From Bacteroidota bacterium (GTDB taxonomy: Bacteria; Bacteroidota; Ignavibacteria; Kapaibacteriales; HRBIN21), in NCBI GenBank assembly GCA_030550275.1, contig JAUQPR010000001.1, forward strand, positions 177,766 to 241,765: 64,000 bases of DNA, given 5' to 3'. A model generated the notes under the pieces. It made no database searches and had not been told where the DNA came from. It worked only from the letters and a program-made list of their open reading frames with translations. Of this stretch, positions 1 through 9,774 are shown piece after piece (the stretch's first letter is position 1; the number at the start of each line of letters is the position of its first letter). Made by a program: the position numbers and the translations under genes.

Positions 1-371
1 CCGTTGCCGAGCCGATATCCGTAGCCCTCCTGCCTTCCCACGCCGAAGCGCCACCAGCGCATCCGCAGCGTGTCCGCCCGATGGAGGCTGGGCGTTAGCG
101 CAAGGAAGCCATAGCTGTGCTCGTACCGCTCCAACGAGGCAGAGCGCAGCGTCCGCAGCTCTGCTGAGCCTAGTCGGAGCGTAACTGCCGGACCCTGGAA
201 GCGCAGCCCTATCCCCTCGCGCTGGAGTTGGGCAACGCCTCCACTGACGCCCAGGCTCGGAGCCTCAACGAAGGAGCGCCAGCGGAACACCATCCAGTCC
301 TCCTCTTCGTCGTTGGGCTGCGCCCACAGCAGCAGCGGTACCAGCAGTATGCCAACCGCACTCCAGAGCAT
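1..371 (-). CDS. Hypothetical secreted/outer-membrane protein, N-terminal part only (gene runs off the window start)
   Basis: Reverse-strand ATG at 369-371 begins MLWSAVGILLVPLLLWAQP (signal-peptide-like), followed by alternating hydrophobic beta-strand-like sequence. Not in the ORF track because no stop lies inside the window. Competes with the 5' extension of the 228..2144 track ORF, which I consider non-coding upstream of the likely bshC start at 450. Confidence 0.4.
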   Translation of the reverse strand, partial: MLWSAVGILLVPLLLWAQPNDEEEDWMVFRWRSFVEAPSLGVSGGVAQLQREGIGLRFQGPAVTLRLGSAELRTLRSASLERYEHSYGFLALTPSLHRADTLRMRWWRFGVGRQEGYGYRLGN

Positions 372-449
372 GGCAACCTCTTCGCCGCTGAGCTTTCGTA
401 CCCAGGCGCAATTTACAACTCCGCTGCCACCTCCCCAACGGAGCTGCTC

Positions 450-2144
450 ATGAGGGTGGAGCCTATCCCGTGTTCGCAGGCGACCGGCTACAGCTCCCCC
501 ACTGCGCTGGCGTTTGTGCGCTCCCCAGAGCAATTCGCCGAGCACTTCCCCAGCACGGCAGAGCTTCTCTCCTCCGGCAGCCTGAGCGGCTCCATCCCTC
601 TCTCCACCTCCGAACGTGAAGCGCTTGTACGGGCAATCGAGCTGAGCTGCGCGGGGATAGAGCTTTCCGCCCTCCAGCGACAGCACCTCCGGGAGCTCCG
701 GTCAGCAGAGGCGCTCGCCGTTGTTACCGGTCAGCAGGTCGGCTTCCTGGGCGGTCCCGCGTACACGCTCTTCAAAGCTCTTGCGGCGATCCTATGGGCA
801 CAACGCTTCCGCTCACAGCAGGCACGCCCGGTGGTTCCGGTATTCTGGATTGAGGACAACGACAGCGACGGGCGCGAAGCCGGGCTGCTCCACTGGTGGC
901 CCCCTGAGGGCGAACTTCGGCTGCTGCAGGCAGATCGCCCCGAGGCGCTCCAGACGCCGTACTCGGTGGCGGTCCGTTCCTTCCCACCCACGCCCGACGC
1001 TCCTTGGCGGCAAGCGCTCGAGTACGTCTGCCCCCAGCTTCCACTCGACCTTGCCGAGCTGCTGCAGCAGAGTATCTCGCCAGAGCGTTCCTGGAGCCAG
1101 GCGTTCCTTGCACTACTCCAGTACCGGCTGGGCAAGCATGGGATACTGCTCCTGCGGGCTTCGGTTGCGCGCGAGCAGGGGCTGTTTGTGCCCATCCTGC
1201 AGCGTGCCCTGGAGGAGGAGCAGCAGCTCCACGAGCTTCTCCAGCGCGGTATCCAACGGCTCCAGCAGCAGGGCTATCCGGCACAGATTCTGCCAACGGC
1301 GCCGCTGCTGCATTTCCATACTGCGGAAGGGCTGCGCTATCGGGTCCGCCGGCTTCCGGACGGCTCCTACGCCATTGGGCAACAGCACTACAGTGCAGAG
1401 CAGCTCCGAGCGCTCTTCCGGGAACGCCCGACAGCGTTTTCTCCCACCGCACTGCTGCGTCCACTGTGCCAGGACCGAATGCTCCCAAGCGCTGCCGTTG
1501 TTGTTGGACCCACCGAGCTTGCCTACTGGGGGCAGCTCCGCGAGCTCTACGAGGCGTTCTCCGTACGCATGCCAGCAGTGCTGCCCCGCCCCTCGCTCAC
1601 GCTGGTACCACCGGCGATCGAGCGCCTACTCCAGCGCGAGCAGTGGAGCGCGCGCGACCTGCTTGTCCCCTGGCATGCGCTCGAGGCTGCCCTTATACAG
1701 GACCTGCCACAACTCCGCGAGGGCGAACGCCGCTTGGAGGAGCTTCGGCAGGCTATCTATCGCTGGCAACACGACAGCGCACACCTTGTCCGCTCCCTTG
1801 AGCCATCCCTGGAGCGCAGCGCTGCAGCAACGGCACAGCGCGTTCTGAGGCTATTGGAGCGTTGGCATCGGCGGCTGCGGGCTGCCTCTCGCCGCCGCAT
1901 GGAGACACGCCTCCACCGCCTCAAACGCATCTGGAGCTGCCTATATCCGGACGGGCAACCGCAGGAGCGGATGCTCGGGTGGGTGCAATTGGAGCTCCTC
2001 TGCGGAGCAGGCTCCCTTGACAGCGCTGTGGAGAAAAGCCTTACACTGCCGTGGGATTCCCACGCCCTGGTCTACCCCGGCGAGCCAAGCGCAGCGTTGC
2101 CCCCGCCACCATCGCAAGGTACAGCACAAGTGCCGCTCCAATAG
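450..2144 (+). CDS. bshC: Bacillithiol biosynthesis cysteine-adding enzyme BshC-like (YllA/DUF2317 family)
   Basis: Motif AVVTGQQVGFLGGPAYTLFKALAAILWAQ matches the BshC signature (B. subtilis VVGGQQAGLLTGPLYTIHK) at the expected ~90 aa from the N-terminus. Start chosen at MRVEP (450) within track ORF 228..2144. Length ~565 aa fits BshC. Confidence 0.65.
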   Translation: MRVEPIPCSQATGYSSPTALAFVRSPEQFAEHFPSTAELLSSGSLSGSIPLSTSEREALVRAIELSCAGIELSALQRQHLRELRSAEALAVVTGQQVGFLGGPAYTLFKALAAILWAQRFRSQQARPVVPVFWIEDNDSDGREAGLLHWWPPEGELRLLQADRPEALQTPYSVAVRSFPPTPDAPWRQALEYVCPQLPLDLAELLQQSISPERSWSQAFLALLQYRLGKHGILLLRASVAREQGLFVPILQRALEEEQQLHELLQRGIQRLQQQGYPAQILPTAPLLHFHTAEGLRYRVRRLPDGSYAIGQQHYSAEQLRALFRERPTAFSPTALLRPLCQDRMLPSAAVVVGPTELAYWGQLRELYEAFSVRMPAVLPRPSLTLVPPAIERLLQREQWSARDLLVPWHALEAALIQDLPQLREGERRLEELRQAIYRWQHDSAHLVRSLEPSLERSAAATAQRVLRLLERWHRRLRAASRRRMETRLHRLKRIWSCLYPDGQPQERMLGWVQLELLCGAGSLDSAVEKSLTLPWDSHALVYPGEPSAALPPPPSQGTAQVPLQ

Positions 2145-3129
2145 TCCAGCTCCCCCACAGGCGCAGCGGCGTTCCCCCGATATCCCCCAGCAAGCGCATG
2201 CCCATGCCGGCAAAGAGCAATCCGGCAGGACCCCACAGCCACGGTGTCCAGCCATATCCGCTGCGCTGCAACACCGCGGGGAAGATTATCACCCCGTGCG
2301 CAAACACCATCGTCAACACAAACCCCACGAAGAAGCTGTGGAGCATCGCATCGAAGGCGAACGCAACCGCTCGGGTACCGAGCAGCATCACCGCCATACT
2401 CACCAGCAGCCATCCGTATCCTATCCCAAGCATCGCACCGACGTACCGATGCAGCGGAGTTGCCGCCCGCCGGAGATTGCGCACCGCAACATCATAGCGG
2501 AACAGCCACAGGGCAATTCCACCCAACGCAAGCCCCAGCAGCTCCCATCGCTGCTGAACCATTGCCCACAGCGCTCCCAGCAGCACAGCGATGAGAGCAA
2601 CCCCCAACCAGCGCACCGCCCGGCGCTCCAGCCCCAGGAGGCGCGTGAGCTCCAGCCGCTCAGCAACAATCGTCACCACGAAAAACCCCATCAGCAGTGG
2701 CACAGCCGGCGTAACGCTCCCCTGGAGGAGCGCGACAATCCATGCTGCCGCGAAACTGCCCCCAGCGCCCAGAAGAAGCACGAACGGCACCATCCGGTGG
2801 CGCCGTAGCAGCGTAGCAAACACTGCAGCCATTCCCACGCCACCCAACGCGAGCAGTCCGTATCCAGTGAGGGCTGCCCCCAGGAGGAATGCAACCACGC
2901 TCGCACCACACAGCCACGCTGGCACATATGCCCACCATGCACGCAGCGCGACCGCTCGCTCCAACGCTATCAGCGTCCCGAAGAAGGTGCCCGTCATGAG
3001 CGCCCCATGCTCCGGCAGCAGTTGCGCCGGGACGGGCACCGCCGTCCACCCCATCCGATGGTACCCTGCAAGCAGCCCCAGCAGCAGTCCAGCAGCACCC
3101 AACACCAGCGCTGCCCGCAACCAGCTCAT
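2041..3129 (-). CDS. Polytopic membrane protein (NnrS-like?)
   Basis: Track ORF 2041..3372; start set at MSWLRAALVLG (3129), giving a 4-nt overlap with the upstream gene end at 3126. About 10-12 predicted TM helices with His-containing segments (HGALMTGTFFG, MLHSFFVGFVLTMVFAHG). Family assignment is tentative. Confidence 0.5.
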   Translation of the reverse strand: MSWLRAALVLGAAGLLLGLLAGYHRMGWTAVPVPAQLLPEHGALMTGTFFGTLIALERAVALRAWWAYVPAWLCGASVVAFLLGAALTGYGLLALGGVGMAAVFATLLRRHRMVPFVLLLGAGGSFAAAWIVALLQGSVTPAVPLLMGFFVVTIVAERLELTRLLGLERRAVRWLGVALIAVLLGALWAMVQQRWELLGLALGGIALWLFRYDVAVRNLRRAATPLHRYVGAMLGIGYGWLLVSMAVMLLGTRAVAFAFDAMLHSFFVGFVLTMVFAHGVIIFPAVLQRSGYGWTPWLWGPAGLLFAGMGMRLLGDIGGTPLRLWGSWTIGAALVLYLAMVAGATLRLARRGRPGRGNPTAV

Positions 3130-3617
3130 AGTCCAATCCCCCGCGAAATCAGCACCCCGAGCAACACCAGGATCACCGACAGCAGTACCAGCAGCCGCCC
3201 AACCCAGCGGCTCCACAGCACCCACCGAGCAGCATGCGGATCTTCGCGCCCCTGCTGCAGCAATGCCAGCGCGCGCCGCCCCAGCACCACATTGTGCCAC
3301 AGGCTCAATATCGCCATCACCACAAAGAGAGCAAGCTTGAGCGCCCCCATCCGCCCCACCGGCGAACTCCACAGGTCCGACACCTGCGCCACCCCACGGA
3401 ACAGCAGATTCACCACCCCCGTCACCAGCAACACCGCCAACGCGATAACCGACGCCCGCTCGAACAGCTTCCCCATACGCTCCAGCAGACGGGCACGCTC
3501 AGGAGCTCCACGGAGCGCCGGAACCACCACAATTGCCAGGAACAGCATCCCACCCAGCCAAAAGGTCGCCGCCAGGATGTGGAGCAACACCGAAGCAATG
3601 TACGCCCAGTGCATTCT
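3126..3617 (-). CDS. Small integral membrane protein (CopD-like / DUF2214-like)
   Basis: Track ORF 3126..3764; start at MHWAYIASVLLHILAATFWLGGMLFLAIVVVPAL (3617), 4 nt downstream of the kdsD stop. 4-5 TM helices. Confidence 0.5.
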   Translation of the reverse strand, partial: RMHWAYIASVLLHILAATFWLGGMLFLAIVVVPALRGAPERARLLERMGKLFERASVIALAVLLVTGVVNLLFRGVAQVSDLWSSPVGRMGALKLALFVVMAILSLWHNVVLGRRALALLQQGREDPHAARWVLWSRWVGRLLVLLSVILVLLGVLISRGIGL

Positions 3618-3621
3618 GGGC

Positions 3622-4614
3622 TCAGAGCTGGCTCCGCACGATATCGTGCACTCGGATAACCCCGATGCAGTATCCCTCCTCGTCCACCACCGGCAGTACG
3701 CTAATTTGGCTGGGGCGCTGCTCCATGAGCGCCAGTGCCTCCGACAAAGGGGCATCGGGTGCAACCGTCACCGGTGTCCTCGTCATCACCGCTTCTACCC
3801 GCAGAGGGCGAATATCCTCCACCCGCTGCAGGACCCGACGCACATCCCCATCGGTCACGATCCCGCACAGGCGCCCCTGTTCATCCACCACGCAGACGCA
3901 CCCCAACGCTTTCGCAGTCATCTCCACCAGCATCTCCCGGAACGAGGTCTGCGGATGGACCACAGGGATGGCAGCGCCCGTGTGCATGACGTCGCGCACA
4001 CGCAAGCGGGTCAAACGCCCCAGCATCCCCAGCGGATGCGCTGCGGCGATATCCTCTGGGCGTATCCCCCGCAGGTGCATGAGTGCCACTGCCAGCGCAT
4101 CCCCCATCACCAGCGCGGCAGTTGTGCTCGTTGTCGGCAACAGGTTGAGCGGGCACACCTCTGCGCTCACCTCGACATCCAACACCACATCGGCGTGCTC
4201 GCCCAGAAAGGAGCGCCGCTGCCCCAGTATGGCGATGATTCCCACACCGCGCTGCTTGAGATACGGCACCAGCGCGCACAGTTCCGCAGTTGTCCCGCTC
4301 TTGGAGATCAGGAGCGCCACATCTCCCCGCTGCACAATTCCCAGGTCCCCGTGTGGCGCCTCGGCAGGATGGAGCACAAGCGCCGGAACCCCAATACTGC
4401 GCAATGTCGCCGCGATCTTCTGCCCGATAATGCCGGATTTCCCCACCCCACTGACCAGAACCTGCCGCGCCCCGTGCAGGAGCTCCACAGCGCGCTCGAA
4501 CTCCTCGCCGATGCGCCCGGAGATCTCCGCCAGCGCTTGCGCCTGCTGACGAAAGACCCTTGTGGCAACCCCAACGAGCGATCGCGTTTGCACCAAATCC
4601 CCTTCCGCGCTCAT
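3622..4614 (-). CDS. kdsD: Arabinose-5-phosphate isomerase (SIS domain + tandem CBS), KdsD/KpsF family
   Basis: SIS motifs VLVSGVGKSGIIGQKIAATL and ALLISKSGTTAEL; C-terminal CBS pair (VMTRTPVTVAPDAPLSEALALM ... VLPVVDEEGYCIGVIRVHDI). ATGA overlap with the upstream HIT gene. Confidence 0.85.
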   Translation of the reverse strand: MSAEGDLVQTRSLVGVATRVFRQQAQALAEISGRIGEEFERAVELLHGARQVLVSGVGKSGIIGQKIAATLRSIGVPALVLHPAEAPHGDLGIVQRGDVALLISKSGTTAELCALVPYLKQRGVGIIAILGQRRSFLGEHADVVLDVEVSAEVCPLNLLPTTSTTAALVMGDALAVALMHLRGIRPEDIAAAHPLGMLGRLTRLRVRDVMHTGAAIPVVHPQTSFREMLVEMTAKALGCVCVVDEQGRLCGIVTDGDVRRVLQRVEDIRPLRVEAVMTRTPVTVAPDAPLSEALALMEQRPSQISVLPVVDEEGYCIGVIRVHDIVRSQL

Positions 4615-4955
4615 CCCGGTGGCCAGTGGAACGGACGACCTCCCAGCAGGTGCAGATGCAGGTGGAAGACTGTCTGCCCTGCCTCGCTGTTGCAGTTGAG
4701 CACGAGCCGGTAGCCCCGCTCAGCTATCCCAAGCCGCTGTGCAAGGTGGCGTGCCACCCAGAGTAACTTCCCCAGCAAGGGGATGTCCTCCTCCGCAGCG
4801 TCGTTGAGCGTGGGGATCGGCTTTTTGGGCACCACCAGAATATGCACCGGCGCCTGCGGGTTGATGTCCCGGAAGGCAATGACCTCCTCGTCCTCATACT
4901 CAATCTGCGCCGGCAGCTCTCGGCGGATGATTCGGGCAAAGACCGTCTCAGCCAT
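4611..4955 (-). CDS. HIT-family (histidine triad) nucleotide hydrolase
   Basis: HxHxHxx triad motif VFHLHLHLLGG; start at MAETVFARII (4955) within track ORF 4611..5024. Confidence 0.8.
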   Translation of the reverse strand: MAETVFARIIRRELPAQIEYEDEEVIAFRDINPQAPVHILVVPKKPIPTLNDAAEEDIPLLGKLLWVARHLAQRLGIAERGYRLVLNCNSEAGQTVFHLHLHLLGGRPFHWPPG

Positions 4956-5042
4956 GCCGCATTCCCCGAGCGTTCCAACATACAAACAGGAAGCCCTCCA
5001 CCGAGCCGGCAGAGGGCTTCCCACGCGCAGACCGTTCGCCCG

Positions 5043-8000
5043 TTAGCGCACCAGCGTCACTTGCCGCACAAAGAGCTGGTCGCCAACGAAGATACGCCAG
5101 CGGTATGTTCCCGTTGCAACCGCTACACCGTACTCGTTCGTGCCATCCCAGAGGAGCTGATGCTCACCAGCGGGCAGCTCCTCATCGAGCACCCGGCGGA
5201 CCGTTGCTCCAAGAGCATCCACAATCTCGGCGCGGACGCGGCTATTCTCCGGCAGACGCAACTGCAGCACCGTCTGCCCACCGAATGGGTTCGGAGCGCT
5301 CTGCCCGACCCATAGCTCGCCATCGCCCAGCGGGGTCAGGTGCAGCACGTGGCTGAACTGCTCCTGCCCATCCCGCAGCACCATCCGCAGCCGGTACTGG
5401 TACTCCACTCCCGGCAGCACCTGCACATCCTCGTAGCGGTAGGACTCACCACGCTGTGCATCTCCCAGGGCTGCCGTCTGGTACACCGGGAGCCAGGGTT
5501 CGGCTTCGGAGCTACGCCGCTCTAACACGAACTGCTCCAGCCGCGCCTCCGATGCCGTTGCCCACAGCAGCACATTCTTGCGCCGCTGTGCAACGCCCTC
5601 AAAGCCAGCAAGCTCTGCAGCAACAGGCTTCGGCTGCGTATTGTACGCCCGCTGCCCAAAGTAGGGGCGCACCAGCGGAATCCAGGAGCCGCGGCTCCGT
5701 GTGTAGTAAAATCCAACCTGCCCCGTGTAGTTCAGGTGCGCATACGCCACGGGTCCGACCGTTGGGACGAACTCACCCCACGTACCGCTACCGTAGGTGT
5801 TCTGGTAGGCGAAGGGGTTGTCGTTGACCAACGCCAGACCCTGCCGCCGGCGCAGCGCTTTGTCAATCAGCAGGTTGTAGTTCTGCATCCCGGGGACGGG
5901 GATGGTTGTGACGTTCGTCGTGACGATCCCCATCCTGGACTTGGAGGCACCCAGCTCAAACCCAACTGAGCCCCGCTGCGCAACGGCAGCCCAGTAGGTC
6001 CCTGCCGGCAAGACCACCGGCTGCGGCAGGATGTAGTAGGTGAAGCGGTCGTAGCGCCCATCGGGCAGCGGTCGCCAGTTCCCTGCCACAAGGGTGTCTC
6101 CGAAGCCCCGAATTCGGGAGAGCGTACTCCCGGCTATGGCGTCTCCGCTCGGCAGTGCCGTTCCCCGGTAGGTGTTGAAGGAGACGAAGTTGAAGTCCTG
6201 GTTCAGGCTACCGAAGAACGCCATGTAGCCGTAGAGCGTATCCTGGGCACGCAACTGGAACTTCATTGCCAACTGCCCAGAGCCATCACCGCCTGGGAAA
6301 CCAAAAGCAGTCGTAGCAGAGTAGGACGGACCTTGCGGGTACGCAAACAGGTTCAACCCCCGCCCCGGAATGCCCGAGAACTGCTGGTCGGGCACGTTGT
6401 TCTTGCTGGCACCCAGCTCCTCGGGGTTGACCTCGTAGGCGAAGGAATCGCCGAACTTGAGGTCGAAGATGGTGTAGTTCTCGTCGTTGATGGGCTCCAG
6501 GTCTCCACCCGGAATCACCAGCCGTGCGCGGATGATGTAGCGCCCCGGACCCGCTCCGTTATTGCGGGCATCCCAGTCGGGGAAGGGCACCTCCACCTCG
6601 CGGTTACCGCCCATGAGCGGGATGTACTTCGAGCTGGCGTGCAGAATCTGGGGATCGCCCTCGCGCTGGATCGTCAGCACGATGTAGAAGCCACCCGCTG
6701 CCAGCCCGGTGTTGTTGGCAATCTTGACGCTGATGGGGATCCGCGTCGCCTGGCTTGCCGGCAGCATCGTGTAGGGGATGTTGACCCGAACGGCTGAGAC
6801 CTCCAGGTCGGTCACCTCCGTTGGGAAGAGGATGCGCACGTTGTCCACAAAGTAGTTGTCCTCGTCATCGTCGGGCGGAGGTGGCGAGTTCATGTCGCGC
6901 TTCGCCCGCACCCAGAGCCGGAAGCGGAAGTTCTTCGCCCCCTCGTTGGGCCAATTGATGATGGTGTCCGGAATGGGGACGAAGATCTTGCGGAACTCGA
7001 AGTCCTTCCCATCGTCGAACAGATCTGCCCGCAAGCCCTCCGCCGGAGTGAGCGGCAAGTTGTAGTCGAGCGAATCGAAGCCGCGCGTATATCCTCCAGC
7101 ACCGTACAGCGTAAAGGCAGGATTGTTCGTAATGGGTTGCCCTCCAGGTTTCGGATGGAAGTTCCACTGTGTCACGTTCGTAACGTTGGAAAGCCCATCG
7201 CTGCTGGGGCGAGCAAACTCCAGGCGCAGCTCATCCGGTGCCACACCGAACGTCGAGGTCACTACACCATTCAACACCACGCGCGGCTCCGGACCGATGT
7301 TCTGGTTGTCCGACCATCCGCGGTCGTACCAGTTCTCGGCGGGCTTGCCCGTGCGCTCGACGGAGAAGGAGAGCACCGCTCCCTTCCGCTGGCGCAAATC
7401 AACGGGGAAGCTGATGATCTGATCGCCGTTGGGCAATCCCGGCCAATCATCGCCGCTGAGCATCACCCGGTTGAGCCGAATGACAGGCGAGGAGAGCACA
7501 AAGCCTGGATTGTTCGCAGCAGCGTACTCCCCGCGCGGTGGCGGCGGGTTATAGCAGACCTCGTCTCCGGAAACCACATCGGCTTCCAGGCTCACCCATT
7601 TCTTCACCGAGGGCATCGGCACGCCATCGATGACATGGAATTCACGCACGTCATCGTTGAACTCCGCCAGACGCCGGACGACAAAGAGCGTCACCCGCGT
7701 CGTGTCATCGAAGGGCCACTGGTCGCCCAAGCTCTGCCCATCGGGGGTCTTCGGCTCAAAGATCACCACCGAGCGCAGCCGCCCGATATGGCGTTCGATG
7801 AACTCATTTGCCTCAAAGGGCGGGAACTCCACCCGCACAAAGGCGTACGGCGGCACCCCTGTTGCCCCAGGCGGCAATGAGACCGGATTCCCGTTGACGT
7901 CGCAGAGCTGTATGCCCGAGTTCGGGTCCGTCAGCGCATCCCGTGTCACGGCGAGCGAGCGGCTGTAGACAACCTCCCCGGTCGCCTGGTTGAAGATCTG

Positions 8001-9509
8001 GAAGCGCACGCGGAACTCCAGGTCTTGCCGCTGGTAGTTCACCCCTGTTGGGGCTCCCGTAGGACCTTGGATGTCGTTGGTCAAGTTCTGGAAGATGCCC
8101 ACCGGCTGAATCGCACCGAGCACCTGGTCACCTGCCAACAGCTCGAAATTGTTTGCGTTGGCGATGGTGGAGTCGAAGTTCATCGTCCGCCCTGGACCAC
8201 GCCGCCGGACCTTGTACTGCACACTCCACACCCGACCGACGTTCTTCCACTGCTTCCACTTGAGCGCAAAGAAGGAGAAGAACACGTTGCGCGTGGGACC
8301 GAGCGTGTAGACCGTCGGCGGGTTGCCCTCGTGCGAGAACATCGTGAACTGCAGGTACGGGGTCAGCGCACCGGAGGTATTGGTCTTGGAGTCGAAGTTG
8401 ATATGGCGGGCATATCCGCGCACGCCGATAGTTGCGTTGTACCAGAAGAGCACCTCCGCCGTCACCGGACGCCCTGCCACCTGCACAACACCGGTAAAGC
8501 GCGGGTAGATGAAGGTGATCGAGCTGTCCAACCGATTGATGACTATCTGCAGGTCGCATGCAACAAACGGCGTGTTGGCAACCCCTGGGCGAACATCCGC
8601 TGGGAAGGTCACCGTACCGTACGGCGTAATCTTCGTTCCCCGCGGCGTCAAGTTGATAAAGTAGATGACCAGCTTGTTCCCGCTGGGGTCACGGTAGTAC
8701 CACGCCTGCCCGAAGTCGTCCACCGTCTGCGCGTTGGGGTCCCACACCGAGAGCTGTAAGTCATCCCACAGTGGCGCCAACATCGGGGTGTATTGGTTCA
8801 TATTGGTCAGCGCCGTCCCCAGGGGTTGATTGTTTGGATTGCGAATCCCCTGCGTTGCTGTACCGTTGCCGCTTGCCACCCCGAGCGCAATGTACTGGTA
8901 GCCCCAGTTGTCCGGAATCGTCATATCGGTGGTGCCGCGGACAAACTGGTCATCGCTGTTGGGGTCAACGCCGATGGGTGTCCCGCTCTCGTCGTAGATA
9001 TAGCGCCGGTTCGACAGCACAATCAGCCCATTGGTGGAGACGTAGAAGCTATCGTAGCGTACCCCGTTGAAGTAGAAGGGGAAACCGATGGGGATAGGTC
9101 CAGCGAAGGCGTTATCGGTGGAGTCGTTCATGTTCGAGGGATTGCGGAAGAAGGGCTTCCCCTCCGGATGCCCATCCCAGTACGAGAGCGGGAACTGGTT
9201 GGGACCGGAGATAATCCGGCGCCAGTACTGCGGGTTGGTCTCCAGCGAGACGAACTCCGTTGCCGGTTGCGGCTTCCAGAACTCCGGCACCGGCGCCAAC
9301 GAGCCGACCACGTAGTATCCCGTTGACACTGCCGGTTGCGTCCTCGGGTTCGCTCCCGCCGCCGTAAAGGGACCAGGATAGGAGTACACCGTTGCCGACC
9401 GCATCCCGCTGAGCTGCGCCCACAGCCCAACACTGGCACCAATGCTCAGTCCAAGAATGCCACACAGCCGCCACAGGGAACCGTACCGCATTGCGCCCTC
9501 CTCTGTCAC
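5043..9509 (-). CDS. Very large secreted protein (1488 aa) with a T9SS C-terminal sorting-domain-like tail
   Basis: N-terminal signal peptide (MRYGSLWRLCGILGLSIGASVGLWAQ). The last ~90 aa (LWVGQSAPNPFGGQTVLQLRLPENSRVRAEIVDALGATVRRVL...GTYRWRIFVGDQLFVRQVTLVR) resemble a Por/T9SS C-terminal sorting domain. No catalytic motif recognised. An alternative start at 9491 (MRYGS) is possible. Confidence 0.75.
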   Translation of the reverse strand: MTEEGAMRYGSLWRLCGILGLSIGASVGLWAQLSGMRSATVYSYPGPFTAAGANPRTQPAVSTGYYVVGSLAPVPEFWKPQPATEFVSLETNPQYWRRIISGPNQFPLSYWDGHPEGKPFFRNPSNMNDSTDNAFAGPIPIGFPFYFNGVRYDSFYVSTNGLIVLSNRRYIYDESGTPIGVDPNSDDQFVRGTTDMTIPDNWGYQYIALGVASGNGTATQGIRNPNNQPLGTALTNMNQYTPMLAPLWDDLQLSVWDPNAQTVDDFGQAWYYRDPSGNKLVIYFINLTPRGTKITPYGTVTFPADVRPGVANTPFVACDLQIVINRLDSSITFIYPRFTGVVQVAGRPVTAEVLFWYNATIGVRGYARHINFDSKTNTSGALTPYLQFTMFSHEGNPPTVYTLGPTRNVFFSFFALKWKQWKNVGRVWSVQYKVRRRGPGRTMNFDSTIANANNFELLAGDQVLGAIQPVGIFQNLTNDIQGPTGAPTGVNYQRQDLEFRVRFQIFNQATGEVVYSRSLAVTRDALTDPNSGIQLCDVNGNPVSLPPGATGVPPYAFVRVEFPPFEANEFIERHIGRLRSVVIFEPKTPDGQSLGDQWPFDDTTRVTLFVVRRLAEFNDDVREFHVIDGVPMPSVKKWVSLEADVVSGDEVCYNPPPPRGEYAAANNPGFVLSSPVIRLNRVMLSGDDWPGLPNGDQIISFPVDLRQRKGAVLSFSVERTGKPAENWYDRGWSDNQNIGPEPRVVLNGVVTSTFGVAPDELRLEFARPSSDGLSNVTNVTQWNFHPKPGGQPITNNPAFTLYGAGGYTRGFDSLDYNLPLTPAEGLRADLFDDGKDFEFRKIFVPIPDTIINWPNEGAKNFRFRLWVRAKRDMNSPPPPDDDEDNYFVDNVRILFPTEVTDLEVSAVRVNIPYTMLPASQATRIPISVKIANNTGLAAGGFYIVLTIQREGDPQILHASSKYIPLMGGNREVEVPFPDWDARNNGAGPGRYIIRARLVIPGGDLEPINDENYTIFDLKFGDSFAYEVNPEELGASKNNVPDQQFSGIPGRGLNLFAYPQGPSYSATTAFGFPGGDGSGQLAMKFQLRAQDTLYGYMAFFGSLNQDFNFVSFNTYRGTALPSGDAIAGSTLSRIRGFGDTLVAGNWRPLPDGRYDRFTYYILPQPVVLPAGTYWAAVAQRGSVGFELGASKSRMGIVTTNVTTIPVPGMQNYNLLIDKALRRRQGLALVNDNPFAYQNTYGSGTWGEFVPTVGPVAYAHLNYTGQVGFYYTRSRGSWIPLVRPYFGQRAYNTQPKPVAAELAGFEGVAQRRKNVLLWATASEARLEQFVLERRSSEAEPWLPVYQTAALGDAQRGESYRYEDVQVLPGVEYQYRLRMVLRDGQEQFSHVLHLTPLGDGELWVGQSAPNPFGGQTVLQLRLPENSRVRAEIVDALGATVRRVLDEELPAGEHQLLWDGTNEYGVAVATGTYRWRIFVGDQLFVRQVTLVR

Positions 9510-9774
9510 GGATACTGGAACATGCGCTCCACTGACTATGTGGGTGCAATATTACGCAAATTCTCGGAACCGAACAAGCCCTGAAAGCCTACCGAGGACC
9601 CAGTTTGCAGCCGCATGAGTTCGGCAGCTACCGCCGCAGCTCCATTGCCTCTCCGCCGCAGGAGCCCTCGCCTGCCTTGAGGCGGTCCGTAGCGCATGAC
9701 AGCTCCGCCGGCACATCGGCTGAGACAACCCACGGTTTCCTACATGCTGGCTTTGTAGTTTTGTTCCCCAAGCA

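Noticed and set aside
228-449. 5' extension of the bshC track ORF (MGNASTDAQARS...), plus the alternative-frame ORFs 721..1848, 772..1488 and 1004..1801
   Set aside because: BshC homology begins at MRVEP (450), giving the expected ~90 aa before the TGQQ motif. The extension would overlap the better-supported reverse-strand signal-peptide gene at 1..371. The alternative-frame ORFs are Ala/Arg/Ser/Pro-rich artifacts inside bshC.
2017-3340. Plus-strand ORFs 2017..2808 (His/Gln/Pro-rich, 263 aa) and 2591..3340 (Ala/Pro/Ser-rich, 249 aa)
   Set aside because: Antisense to the polytopic membrane-protein genes 2041..3129 and 3126..3617; compositionally biased with no motifs.
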